From the NCBI RefSeq assembly GCF_009914755.1, contig NC_060928.1: DNA of 64,000 bases. One strand, 5' to 3'. Origin of the DNA: the human T2T-CHM13v2.0 reference genome, Homo sapiens. Below the pieces are notes generated by a model. The model was not told the origin of the DNA. It saw only the letters and a program-made list of their open reading frames with translations, and did not search any database. This document shows positions 26,357 through 43,200 of the stretch, one piece after another. Each line of letters opens with the position of its first letter. The first letter of the stretch is position 1. A program made the translations under genes and the position numbers.

Positions 26357-26850
26357 ATAGCAGAGGATGTTGGCAATCTGCCTCTATCTGCTCTCATCCC
26401 CTTTACTTTTCTCAAGAACAGGATCTCCTGGTATTTTTTCATTCCCAAGAGTCACCCCACCTCTTCCTGTGGTGCTCCAATATTTATTAATAGAAGCACC
26501 TGGGAATTTCTGTCTTCATCATCATAAAACAGAAAATAACCAATGACTGAATGTACGGTAATGTACATACCCCAGCTTCTGTGTCTCTGATTGGACAACT
26601 CTGTGATGTTTGGAAAAGGTCTTAAAAGTGAAATACTGTCTCCCTGGTTTCCCTGAGGGACTAAGCCAAAGAAATCCTGATGGAGATTGTTTGGCATCTC
26701 ATCCTTGCTTGACTTTCTTGAGTTTCCCTTCACACATACTCACCACATTGTGGATTTTCCTGGGATCAGTTCTTCACAAAGCACTTTCATAGGAATCTTC
26801 ATATTAAAATGCTTCAATTTGGCTTTTCCAAGAAGCAGATTATATATGGA
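26357..26850 (+). mobile_element. ERVL LTR (LTR16-like) relic
   Basis: aaccaatgactg...ataccccagct...ggacaactctg and ttcctgggatca motifs of the LTR16 family. Confidence 0.5.
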
Positions 26851-27042
26851 TTCTTTTCACCTAGTAGTTTGTTTAAAGTTTGGAAATCTATAATCATGAA
26901 TTGACTTTACCCAAAACACCCTCTTCTGATTTTGGTAATAAAACTGGTCCCATAAATACACTGGTCTCCTAAAACTCATAAAATACTGACCTCATAAAAC
27001 AATATGAAGTCTTTCTCTTTTGCTATTCTTAAAGTATTTCAA

Positions 27043-27110
27043 TATGTTTGGATTTGTCTTTATGTTTGGATTTGTCTTTCATTATGTTTGGATTTGTCTT
27101 GCATTGTCTT
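27043..27110. repeat. Tandem repeat, 18-bp unit tatgtttggatttgtctt x3 plus a partial copy
   Basis: Exact copies at 27043-27060, 27061-27078 and 27083-27100. Confidence 0.95.
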
Positions 27111-29392
27111 TTTGGTGAAATTTGTCATTGAAATAATATAAATTCTGTGTTTCTTCTAGGTTTTAGATTGTTTTCTTTCTAGGTTGTTTTGTGTTGCTGA
27201 AGGTGGTGCTTAAGTATTCATTAATTTATACAATCATAAAATTTTCTTCTCATCCTGTTCCTATACTGAATTACATTGATTGATTTTTAATACTGAACCA
27301 GCCTTGCATCACTAGGCTAAACCATACTTGATCATCATATATACTTCTTTTAATATATTGGAAAATTATATTTGCTAATAAATAGTTACAATTTTAGCAT
27401 CTATGTCCATGAGAAATATTTATCTCTAATTTTCCTTTTTTACAGTCTTCTTTTTTAAATTTTGTGATCAGTGTAATAAGAGCTTCATAAAATGAATAGT
27501 AAAGAGTTCCCTCTGCTTATATTTTTTAGAGATACTGTCTAAAATGCATGTTGATTTTTCAAAAGCTTGGTGGAATTATCTATTGAAACTATTTGAGCTT
27601 GCAAATTTCTTTTCAGGGATATTTTAATTAGAATTTCTTTAATGAGTATAGGAATATTCTGATGCCTATTTTACCTTCTTTGTGTTTTGGAAGTTAGTGG
27701 CTTTAAAAGAACTGTTTTATTTCTTGTAAGTTATTAAATTTATGAAGGTAAAGTTGTTTCTAATATTTTCTTATATTTTTAAGGGCTCTAGGATTTGTAG
27801 TGATATCCCGTGCTTCCTAATGTTGGTGATTTGTGTCTTCTCTCTTTGTATTTTTGTCATTCTTGCTAGACGTTTACCAATTGTATTAATCTTTTTGAAG
27901 AATCCGTTTGTTATTTCGTGAATTTTGTTTCCCTCTTTTCAATTTATGCTCTTAAATTTTTTTTCTTCTGCTTGCACTTGGGCTATTTTGCACATCTTTA
28001 ATTAATTTTTAAAGGTGAATACATAAATTATTGAATTATAGCCTTTTCTCTTCTTAAGTATCATTGACTGCTTTTACTATGTTCTCCATGTTTTATTCTA
28101 CATATAACATATGTGCAATATATGTTATATTTCCATCTTTCAGTTGGTTAATTTTAAAAATTTTCTTTGACATTTTCACTCTTTGATTATTTAGAATTGT
28201 ATTGCTCAATCTGCAACTTTTGGAGCTTTTTTGTTACTTTATATTATTGATTTCTAGTTTATTCCATTATGGTTATAGACATATGCTGTAGAATTTTAAA
28301 TATTTTCAGTGTTTTGAGGTTGCTTTAAGTCTGGAATTGATCGTTCATGGTGAATGTTGTGTGAGTGCTTGGAAAAATGTATATTATGCTGTTTTGGGGT
28401 AAAGTATTCTATAAATCTTGATTAGGCCCTTTCATTGACTGTGTTGTTAATTTTCTATGTCTTTGCTTATTTCCTATCTAGTAGTTGTATCTGTTGCTGA
28501 GAATAGGGTGTTGAACTTTAACAGTGTAATTGTGGATTTTTCTATTTCTTCTTTTGGATATACCAGGTTTTTAAAAATTCAACCATTTATTTGTATTTTA
28601 TTAATTTTTTATTGATACATAAGAATTGTATTTTGAGAGTGTTGTTCAGTGTGTTGTCTCTTTCAGATTAATCCTTTTATCATTATATAATATTTTTGTC
28701 TACAGTAATTTTTTTCCTTTCGAAATCTACTTGTCTGGTATAATATAGCCATAGTAAAATATAGCTATTATTTACTTTTTATTTAATGTTTACATTTTTA
28801 ATCCTTTTACTATCAACCTATTGATGTCTCTATATTTGAAATGGTTTTTGTCGACAATATTTGATAGCATATTGATTACAGTGTTTTGTTTTGCTTTGCT
28901 TTGCTTTTAATCTACTCTACCTATCTCTGCCTTTTATTCATTTATTAAGACTGTTTATATTTAATGTGACTGTTGATAATTTAGGACTTAACCTTGTTTT
29001 TCTGTTTTCTGTTTGTTTCCCCTCTTTATTTTCCTGTGAGTTGTTTGAACATCTTTAATTTCATCTTCATTTATTTACGTGTGTTTGATTGCATCATTTT
29101 GTCTAATTTTCTCAATCATTTTCTAGGTATTAGAATATGCATGTGTAACTTAGTCTGATAGTTTTGACGTTTTAGCACTGCAAGTCAATATAGAAATGTT
29201 ACTTTTATTTTGGTCCGTTTATCCTCCCTACTACTTAATATAATTGTCTTAAATGTTTCTTTTACATGCATTGAGCATCACATTAGATGGTGTTTTGTTA
29301 TTTTTGCATCTACCATCCAATACAATCTTAAAAGCTCATGAGAAATAGAATGATCTACTTTTTTAAGGGTAAGTCTTTTAGCAAAAAAAATC

Positions 29393-29557
29393 TTTTTTTT
29401 TTTTTTCTTTTTTTTGTTTTTCGAGATAGGATCTTGCTTTCTCACCCAGACAGGAGTGCAGTAGTGTGTTCACAGTTCATTGCAGCCTGGACCTCCTGGG
29501 CTCAAGCGATTCTCTCACCTCAGCCTCTCAAAGTGTTAGGATTACAGGCACCTGGTC
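29393..29557 (-). mobile_element. Monomeric Alu (FRAM/AluJ-derived)
   Basis: PolyT, right-arm ggagtgcagtag...tgcagcctggacctcctgggctcaag, ending with left-arm-like caaagtgttaggattacaggc. Confidence 0.85.
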
Positions 29558-29897
29558 AAAATAATGTCTTATTTTGCTTTGTGGAATAATGTATTTATCC
29601 TTTATTTCTGATAGATATTTTTACTTGACATACTATTTATACTTGACAATTCTTTTCTTTTATACTTGAGAATTGGTGTGCCACTTTCTTCTGGCCTCTG
29701 TGGTTTAAAGTGAGAAATCTGCTGCTGTCTTTATTTTCAGACACTTCATTATGATCTGTCTCAGTGTGGATTTTTGGTGCTTTATCTTATTTGGTGTTTG
29801 CTCAACTTCTTGAATCTGTAGATTAATGTCTTTCACCAAATTTTGGGTGCTTTAGAATTATTTTTGAATATTTTGTAGTACCTCTCTCTCTTTTTCT

Positions 29898-30195
29898 TTC
29901 TTTCTTTCTTTTTTTTTTTTGAGACTGAGTCTTGCTCTGTCGCCCAGGCTGGAGTGTAGTGGCATGATCTCGGCTCACTGCAAGCTCTGCCTCCCGGGTT
30001 CACGCCCTTCTCCTGCCTCAGCCTTCTGAGTAGCTGGGACTACAGGCCACCATGCCCAGCTAATTTTTTGTGTTTTTAGTAGAGACGGGGTTTCACCACG
30101 TTTGCCATCATGGTCTTGATCTCCTGACCTCATGATCCACCCGTCTTGGCCGTCCAAAGTGCTGGGATTACAGGCATGAGCCAGCATGCCTGGCC
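29898..30195 (-). mobile_element. AluY
   Basis: gcaagctctgcctcccgggttcacgcc diagnostic. TSD ctctctttttct at 29886-29897 and 30196-30207. Confidence 0.93.
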
Positions 30196-30864
30196 CTCTC
30201 TTTTTCTATGCAGTTTTTTATGATACACTTGTTAACTCTGTTGTTATGGTCACAAAGTCCTTAAAGCTACTTTTAAAAAAAAAAAGTCTGTTTTTCTCTC
30301 TGTTGCTCAAATGGGTAAATTCAACAATCTGGTCCCAAGTTCACATGTCCTATCCTTTGTTATGTCAGTTCTACAGTTTAGCCCAATCAGCATGTTAATT
30401 ATAGTAATTGTATTTTTTAATTCTATAATTTTCATTTGGTCATTTTTTTCTGACTTGTTTTTTATGAGATTTTCTCTGTTTTTATTTGTTTCAAGATAAT
30501 TGTTAATTTTTGTCAAAGCATTTTTATAATGATTGTTTTAATGTCAGATTTTCCTAAAATCTGAATTATGTAAATATTTGGGTTTGTTGATTGTCTTTCT
30601 CATTCACGTATTGATTTTTCTTGGTTTGATGGGTGATTTTTTATTGTATCCTAGATATTTTGGATATTATATCACGAGTCTCTGAATTCCATTCATTTAA
30701 CTTTTTGATAAGCATTCCCTGCCCACATTCAGTTTTGGCACTAGGTCTAGGTGGGTGCCCATATTTACCTCCCTATTGGATTCTGTCAACATTACCCCAA
30801 GAAAAAAGAATCATTGACTCAAATTGCCTTGCTGCAGACAAGTGGAATAAAGGTTCCATTTTCC

Positions 30865-31195
<331 letters not shown>

Positions 31196-32079
31196 CCAAG
31201 GGTTCAGCTTTCTTCTCTGCCCCACTGACAGCTTGCTGGAAAAGTGAAATAGTGAATTGCACATTACTTTTTATTAGAAGTATATGATCACCACTGCATT
31301 ACAGCTCTAACGCTAAAGTATGTTAACACTATCCTGGGGCTGAAAAAAGCAGAGAGTGGGGCACTAGGGAAATGGGAACACAGTGCCAACTATCCTTACC
31401 TCCCACTACTTTGTTGTACTGCTGTCGAAGTGGGTAGATTGGACGTTTAGCTCCCAACTGTGCCTCTCTGACACCAGTGGAGGGAGAAGTGGAATGTCTA
31501 CACCTCATACCATCTTTATCTGCCTTTTTGGTGTTGGGTGCCCAGTAAGTCCAACTGATAAGGTGAGGTGGATAAAAAATAAAGTAAAGAAATTAAAGAG
31601 CCAACTAGCCCTGATTCTCACAGCATTATGCACTCTTGTTATTGTCAGGTGGGTTTGCAGATTCAATTCTTCATTGGATTTCAGTTGGTATCCCAGGTTG
31701 GGGAACCAGCAGAAATGAAGGGGAGGTTATGAGCAGAGACAGCTACTCCCTTCTGACCCTACCTACCTTGTTAAATTTCCCAGCTGCTGAATAGTGGTAG
31801 AGGTTCTGCTTACTGCTAGATCATATTAACACTATTCTGGGAACATTTGGAACATGTCAATTGCTACCTTGAAGTAGTGTGGGAATGGGGAAGATCAACT
31901 TCCTTTATAGACCTGCTGAAGCCTTTTAATGGGGAAAGGAGAAAAACACATTTTTATTATTAGTGTTAGGCTGGAAAAGGTTTGTATTCGACAAAAGATT
32001 TTCTGCTGTCTGTTGTTTTGCCATTTGTTTTTCAGACTTTGGCTTAAATAAACAGCCTTTACTTCGAGCTTTGTTTTGC

Positions 32080-34540
<2,461 letters not shown>

Positions 34541-35387
34541 TATACGTAAGTACCGGAGAGGAAAGGGGGTACTCCAACTTGATGGCATCAAAAGTCAACA
34601 CGAACTTACAAGTAAGTTTGAGTAACCTTGGTGGCAAGTAAATCAGTAGATTGCAAATGTGATGCTTATAAATTTGGAGTAATTGCAAATTTATAATTTT
34701 TTTACAATGATTCCATCAGTTAATAAACTTCTTTGATTTTTAAATCAAGCATAATCCCATTAAAAATTATTTTTAAACAATACTTTTCAGAATTAATGTA
34801 CTTTTTCCACACACTTATCTAATATTAATTTTACACAAAATTCTGATGGGAATATTTGGTATGGTTTCTGGAGCTACCATCTTCTCTTCTGCATTGTTTT
34901 TGTTATGGTAAAAGTAGATGTTTTACTAATTTTCAACTAATTTTATCTAATCCACTAATTTTCAACTAATTTTAACTATTCTGCTAGTAAGTAATTTGGC
35001 TTATTTTTTTTAAAGGACAAACTGTGAATTTATTAAGAATCGTAAAAAGCAAAGTTACATATAAGAAAAACATTTTTTCATATAAATACAACATTGAAAT
35101 TTTTTATTACTATTGCTACCGATTTAGAAATCAAAATATTCTATATGCTGGAGACTTTCATAACTCTCGTGTTAAAAAATAATCTCAAAATATTGTGCAC
35201 TTTTTTTTTAGGTGACATATACCCATGCCTTTTCCATTAAAAACATATTCCACATTTTGTGATAAAAATAAACTTCAGTGTTTTTTTAATTTAAAATGTA
35301 ATTTACTTCATTAATAGTTTTCACATTGTGTATTGATTCTTGTTTATATTTGAAATGACTCTGGCATAAAATTTGATAATCTAGTGG

Positions 35388-35565
35388 TTTTTTTTTTTTG
35401 AGACGGAGTCTCGCTTTGTCACCCAGGCTGGAGTGCAGTGGCGCGATCTCGGCTCACTGCAAGCTCTGCCTCCTGGGGTTTCACTGTGTTAGCCAGGATG
35501 ATTTCAATCTCCTGACCTCATGATCCGCCCGCCTCGGCCTCCCAAAGTGCTGGGATTACAGGCGT
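35388..35565 (-). mobile_element. AluY with an internal deletion of roughly 100 bp and a short 5' truncation
   Basis: gcaagctctgcctcct joined directly to ggggtttcactgtgttagccaggatg; ends at ttacaggcgt. Confidence 0.92.
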
Positions 35566-36399
35566 TCTTAACTTTTATTTTAAATTCGGGGGTACATGTG
35601 CAGGTTTGTTATATAGTTAAATTGCATGGCACGAGGGTTTGCTGTACATATTTAATCACCCAAGTAATAAGCATACTACTTGAAGGCTGTGTTTTGATTT
35701 TCCCCCTCTTCCCACCCTCGACTTTCAAATAGGCCCCAGTGTCTATTGTTCCTTTCTTTGTGTCCATGTGTAGCCAATGCTTCGTTCCCTCTTATAAGTG
35801 AGAACATGTGGCATTTGGCTTTCCGTTCTTTTATGAATTCACTTAGGATGATGGCATCCAGCTCCATCCATATTGCTGCAAATGATATGATCTCATTCTT
35901 TTTTTATAGTTGCATAGTATTTCATAGTGTATGTGTGCCACGTTTTCTTTTTCCAATCTACCATTGATACACATTTAGGTAGATTCCATGTCTTTGCTTT
36001 TTTGAATACGACTGTGATGACCATACGTGTGCATGTATTTTTATGGTAGGACGATTTATGTTCCCTTGGGTGCATACTCAGTAATGAGGTTGCTGGGTCA
36101 AATGATACTTCTGTTTTATGTTCTTTGAGAAAACACTGCTTTCCAAAATGACTGAACAGCTAATTTGCATTCCTGCTAGCAATGTATAAATGTTTCCTTT
36201 TCTCCACAAACTTGACAATATGTATTTTTTTTTTTTTACTTTTAAATAATAGCCATTATGACTAGGATGAGATGACGTATTGTGGTTTTGATTTGCATTT
36301 CTCTAATGATTACAGATGTTGAACTTTTTTTTATATGCTTACTGGCCACTTTTGTGTCTACTTTTGAAAAGTGTCTGTTCATGTCCTTTGCCCACTTTT
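35566..36399 (-). mobile_element. L1PA13-16-like 3' end
   Basis: gggggtacatgtgcaggtttgttata...ataagtgagaacatgtgg; ORF2 C-terminal peptide (NTCTRMVITVVFKKAKTWNLPKC). Confidence 0.9.
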
Positions 36400-39300
36400 C
36401 TTTTTCTTAAAGCTGTTTCCTATTTAGTGGTGAAGAGATAAAAATGTGATGGAATATTAACCTCACACTGTATATGGGAAGCCTGTGTGAAGGACTGACT
36501 GAAGAGAGAAATGAAAGAGATTTATTGGTTATTTTAGTTTTTCATTTTTCTGTTGAAACTCAAGGGTGTAGTAACCTTTTTCTGACAACTCAAGTGAGAC
36601 CAGGAACAAATCTCTAATACAGGGAAAAACAGAAAATGGAGAACAGAGAAAAGAAACTACACTCAGAGGCAAAAAAGCAAAGAATAGCCACGTGGAGAGG
36701 GGAAAATCCACATTTTTGTCCATTCAAAGGTATTTTCTATGTATTTCCCCATAGATTTTTAGTAAATACTATTTTTTCTCATTGTTCCTAACTATTATAT
36801 AGCTATTTAGTTCTTGGAACATAATGTAGAATTATGATATTCATTATCGATTAAAAAATTAAAGTACTATATGTGTCCAATATAATATAGAATGAGGTAA
36901 GTTGAAATAGAGTATCAGTGACTTATTGGCAGAAAGCATCAGACCCCAAACAAAGACAATGGACTCTTGGTTCTGTTAGATCATTGATATCTAACTTTAG
37001 AAAAACTCGTTAATTTCTTTCCCTTTTATCTTTGAAAATAATAGATTATTTAACATATACGTTTTCTACATGCTCTAAATTCTATGATGTTAATAAAATA
37101 TTTTATTTGAAGACTAACTAGGTGCTTGATAATTTGTAATATAGAAGTCAATTAGGTTGACATAAGTAACAATTCAATCTTCCCTGTGGCTGTAAGTACT
37201 ATGGTGCCTAGATACAGAAATAAATACGTGAAGAATTATTTATAATATTTTAATATAATTCAATTATTTTTTGTTTTTAACATTCTCTAAACTTTATACA
37301 GTCTTCTAAATAAAGATAATGATTGAAAGGGAAAAGAAATGTTTAATGAAACATAGGAGCAGATTTGCTTTTCATATTTTCAGCTTATTTTATATCTCAA
37401 TTCTGTAACAAAATATCTTAATCTATTTAAGAGAAGATTAAATGAATAATCCCTACAACCCAAAATATCTCAAAATTTGGCAAATTAAAATAAGTATATA
37501 AAAATAATTATTAACATATTGAAATATTTATATTAAAAATGAAGTAATGCACATAAACAATTGATGTCATTATTTCATTTCAAACATACTAAAATTGAAT
37601 TAGTGAAGTAAGATATTTCATATTAAATGTATAGTATGCAATACATTGCTACCAGGCGAAGAATCCGTCAAAAATATATAAAAAAAGGAACAGTCAACTG
37701 AGCACATTCTATGGGCATATGGGAATTTATGCCCCCCGACTATGGGAATAAATACCAAATAACTATGTTTCAAATATATATGTACATAAAGTGATAACTG
37801 ATAAACTTTTCTTTTTATTCTTTTTTACCAAAATGAAATCTTTAAAATGGTATAAATGATCAGTTGTCTATAGCATCACATTTAAAAATAATACATTTTA
37901 ATATCAAGAAATTATGAAATCTATATAATGCCTTAATCAAAAAGCGATTATTACTACCAAACCCCAAATTTTAAATGTATGTGTTTTTATTTTGTAAATA
38001 AACTTTAGAGATATTAAAAAATGAATTAACTTTGATTAAGATATTTCTAGATCCTCTGTATATATATCTTTTTCACCCTGGATAGAAACAGAAATACATA
38101 ATATTACAGCCATATAGTGTGGGTTCCTGGTTCTTTTTAAATTTTGTGAGAACTGTCTTTTAAAATTATTGTTTCTTCTGTACATTAACACTTTGATGCA
38201 ATTATTAGCCAGCCATGGTTTAGATTCATAGCTTGTTCTGGGAAAGTTTATGCTTAAATTGATTTTAAAAAACTGTATTTCTGCTTTTAAAATAAACATC
38301 AAAATTAGGTCACTCAGAAAAACAAATAGGCTATACTTAATTAGGATATTTAAAAGTCAACAAGTGTTGATCATATTTCCTTTAATAACTAACTTACCAT
38401 GTTATTTTGTTATGATTTTCTCAATTTATTAAAGGCATTACTGTCTGCCATGGGATTTTTTTAGTGATATATAATAATAAATAGTGCTTAAAATGTATCG
38501 AGTATGTGTAAATTAACACAGTTTGCATTTCCTAATGACTCTATCCTCACTGAATATATTTACAGAATGTCAGTTCAAAGAGAGTTAGTATAATATAAAT
38601 GCTCGTCTTTCACAAAAGAGTCATGAACTAGAATAATATTTAAAAATTTGCTAAAGTAAACTCCTTTTTTGCTTTCATATCCAGTAACATATATTCAGGC
38701 CATGGAGATTAATAATAAAACATGATGGAGTATTTCTTTACATCTAAAATTATTATTTTATTTAACCCATTCTACTTCCTTCAAAGAATTGTGTATCTAA
38801 TGCAATACTGTATGTAAAACTGTCTTATTATTGTAAAGTACTTCAAGTTTAAATGAGTTATTGGACATTCTTTGGGCATATATTATGAATTGTATTTATC
38901 AAACAGTAAATACAAAATTAACAAAATGTGATATTTTTACTCTAATAGTGCAGGTTATTTAAGAGAAGATAAACATATATAACCATAATATATAAGGGAA
39001 TATTGTAAATGTTTCACATATGATAATTATTTTAATAAGTTGCATTGAATGAATAACGATAACAAGGAGCTCTAGAATCTTATCATGTATAGAAATTGAA
39101 AGATATATAGCATTCAAAAGATCATATAATTGTTATAGATACACGGAAATGTCTTTCTACTCGCACATTTTACTAGGACAATAATAAGGAAGAAGTGTGC
39201 CGATAATTCTAAATCATAATTTTTTTGTATAATTATTTAGGCTTAAAACAAAATTACAAAGAGAATTCTTCTCTCTGATATTCTCTGACATTCAGGGTGT

Positions 39301-40019
39301 ACAATATGTATCTATAGCATATGAAAAGAACAAATAAAGATATTCGTACAACTTGTAAATTAAAATGTAATTCTAGTATGCTTCATAAATTTTCATCACT
39401 TCTGGCACAGTTATATACATATTTACTTTAATTTGTGTTTCTTCTCTCTATGCTTTATGTTTTCTAGGGTCAAACTTAATTCAAGAAATAAAGTAGGTAG
39501 AGGGCATTGCACTTGTAAGCAAAGTGATAGCTTCAAATTTTACTCATACATATTTTTCTGCTAATATCTGGGCTAAATAAGACTAAAAGCTCAAAATTCA
39601 AATAACATTAACCATCACAAGTTAAGTCATAAAGAATAATAATCAAAAGAAGAAAATTACTTTTTTTCTGTATATTAATTGCCTATAATCCTATCAAATA
39701 AAAAAGAGCTAATAACTGTTTAAGTGGGTCCTATAAAACAATAATAATTTGTTTTCTACCTTCTCACTTCATAAATAACTTATTTTAACTATTAAGAAAT
39801 ATCCATTTCTGGTGCTGTTTAAAATACTACATATTACTGAAGAAAGTAAATAGAAAATTATTTTTATGAAGCAAACATGGAAAACAATAAAAGTTCAAAG
39901 GAAGAATGCACAAAAAGAAAAAAACTGTGAGCTAATGGTCATTATAAATATCTATGCAAAACAGCAGTGATTCTATTATACTGTTGCTAGAAAGTGGAAG
40001 TGTTATACATGTTTTTGAA

Positions 40020-40290
40020 AGAACAATGTCTAAATTTGACTTATTCAAAATTTTGAAACCATAAATTTCATAAGTTCAACTCCTAAATATTTTTGCAGCA
40101 GAAGTAATATTCAAAATGGTTAAGAAATTTCAGCCTATCATTGTTTGTAATTGCAATGTCAAACAACTGGAAACAACTAATATCCATCAATGGCAAAAAT
40201 TGCGTAAACATATTGCATTCCAGAGTCATATGATGTGCTGCTGCTAAAGTCAAACAGGTAAATTTACATACATTTGTGTGAAAAATGGTC
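40020..40290 (+). mobile_element. Ancient L1ME 3' fragment
   Basis: cattgtttgtaattgcaa...aactggaaacaactaatatccatcaa. Confidence 0.5.
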
Positions 40291-43200
40291 GAGACGAAAT
40301 GGTCTAAGGAAAGGAGACTTTATTGTGACAGTTCTGACCACTCCAAGTTCATTAGGCAAAGGGTATGTTTTTTCTGTCTGCCACATGGAAAGGAAGAGAT
40401 TGTAGCAGATTACTCTTGGTCCTGTCCTGAGAGGCAATCAGACTTCCACCCAAAGCAGCTAGTGGTGGGCAAGGTAATGCTTAGGAGTACAGAAATCATT
40501 TCAAGTTATAGTTGAGATACATTAGCTCATTTCAAGAACCCAAAGGTAAGACAGCTGGTAGAGGAAAAAGAGAATATCAAACACAGGTCAAGTCCAGGGA
40601 ATAGTGGTTTCTAATGGGCAAAATATTTCATATCTTGCTTTCATCTTCCAGAGTCAGAACATAAAAGTAGAAAAGTTTAGGTGTCACAGAAGACAAAGGA
40701 AGCTCAAAATTCACCAGTGATTTCAACAATGGTCTTCCTTTAAATAACAATTATAAGCTAAGGGAAGAAAGATAATTCATGTATTTCAAATTCAACTTTG
40801 ATCATACCTCAATTTGGATATTGTGATCATCATTATGTTTTGTCATTTAAATTGACATAGTAATTTTTAACCACTAAGTGTGACTGAAAATATGATCACA
40901 ATTTCATCCAGGGGATGAGGGGGAAAAACACAAAATATTTGTCCACAGATTATACATTTTAAGTGATCATGAGAATAAAAATAATATTTCTTCATAATGA
41001 TGGTCTGTGAGTCATGCTTGTTTGATTAACATAGAATTTACATACATATGTGTGAACAAGTACATCACAATATATGTCAATAGGTATGGTAGGATTACCT
41101 ATGTTTCTGTATTTATCCATAACTAGGATTTTATTAAGATCTGTATTTAGAAAAAATAAACATATCCAGGGTGTTAGACTGGTAGCAGCCTGGGAAGCTG
41201 AAAAGATAAAATTCATAGTTTTCTATATAACTTTAAACGGTTTAATTTTTTTCTTATTAAACCTCTGGACTATCTCCTGTAATTCTCTTATGCTCTTTCA
41301 GTATAGCACACTATTTCTTAGTAATGAGAATGCCTGTATCTACACTTGCTTTTTTCATCCTTAATATATTCTTGTGATTTATTTTCATATATTAGCCAAC
41401 CATTGTCTTTTAAAATTAAGGTTTTGAAAATGGATCAGCATAATAAACTGCTATTTTTAAATGTGTTCATGCAATTCCAGTGTAATTTGAAAAGTGCTTA
41501 TCTTATTACACAATTAGATATGAATATTATCAAGAAATTTTGTTTATATTGGCATCATTTTCCTATTTTCTCTCTAAATTCTATCATTCTTAATATGAAT
41601 TAAATTTACTAAAGTGAATGAACTATCACAAACTATCCTCTTCACAAAATGTACATTTTGCCCGTTAGACTATTCATTTTCTGAGCTATTATCTTTTCTC
41701 TAATGGTCCAAACAGTATTAATATCTTAATCACTGGTTTCTTCTCAGCAATAAAATAGAAGGGCTTTAGCCATTCCTTGTATTATAATTATCAGAAATTA
41801 TATTAATAATAGGGAGGAAATGTTTTCAAAGATTCAATTTGTTAATGACATATTAAAGGCCTAAGTGTTGAAAGTCATTAACATGTAATCAATATGTTGA
41901 TGAAATAATAAGTAATATACTTTATATTACTAAAAAAATTGTAAGTAAAACATATGTAATTATTCATTTACAATATGGATTGCCAAACTAAATTATCTCT
42001 AATTACTAGCAGGGCTGCAGTCAAACTATGTCTTATGTCAACTGTGAAGAATGCATTTGTTGGGGCTCATCCAGTACAACATGCCACACTTCCTGGTTAT
42101 AGTTTTTCTGTCTTTTATTTCACTATAAGCCAGCCAACATTTGCAGAATGCTCTTCCCACTGTACAATCTAAATAAATGTGCTGATTGACAGCAGTCCCT
42201 GACCTACCTACAAAGAATAAAATATAATAGCTTTATAGTTTATAATAGAAATGAGTATTAGTAAATTTGCAAAAGAGGGAAATTTAAAATAATAAAATCA
42301 ATAAAATATGACCATATGTATTAGGTTAAGCCATTTTCTTAAGCAATTATTTTACTTTAATATCAGAATTATAGCTTAAGTATATTTATATCATTTAAAA
42401 AGAAACATAGTACACTTCAAAGCTCAATTTCAAAATTACAAAAAATAATACTGCAAGTAATTTAAGAAAATACAGTGCTCTTTAGTATAACGAAATTTAA
42501 CAACACATTATCATTTGTCTATAGTATTTGTTGTTGTTAATTCAGGTAGTTCTTTTCTAATGGCATTTAGAATGAATGAGCCCTTAGCACGGGATCTGAA
42601 AGGAAGCATAATTAAATAAGCAAAGGAAAGTCATTTCCATTTAGGGTGATAGAAAATGCTGTCAAGCTGATTCATGAAATAATATTAGCATACAGCTCTA
42701 TCCCAAAAGAACAAATGTCTGTATTGTAACAAAGCCAAGTAAGTCACTGTGATCATTCTAGTACAATATCGTGACATGTTGTACTAATGAACAGTACAAC
42801 TGCCAACAGTTGTGGAAATAACAGGAATAGCATTAACAAAAAATGTCAATTTACTTATATATGCACTTTAACTTGAAGGCAAGAGCTTGGGAAGTGAAAA
42901 AAAATGATGGTCAGAATGATTAGATGAATACATTTTATTTATGTTTTGGATAACAGAATATTTAAATCCATGGGTCCATTTATATGTACCCACTTATTTA
43001 TTATATATTTGTTCATTAAATCATCAAATGGAGCACTTAGTACATGTTAGGATATATGTTTGCTGGGCATTTAAGATGCAAAATTGGATCTATTTCCTCA
43101 ATAATTTTATTTTCAATATGTAACTTCCTGTGGTGTAAAGTAGAACTATCTACATTTTTCTAATCACAAAGTATCCATCTGTACCTTAAGCAAATTTCAT

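Noticed and set aside
27043-27110. Direct repeats as a CRISPR-like array
   Set aside because: Tandem units with no unique spacers, in a primate genomic context.
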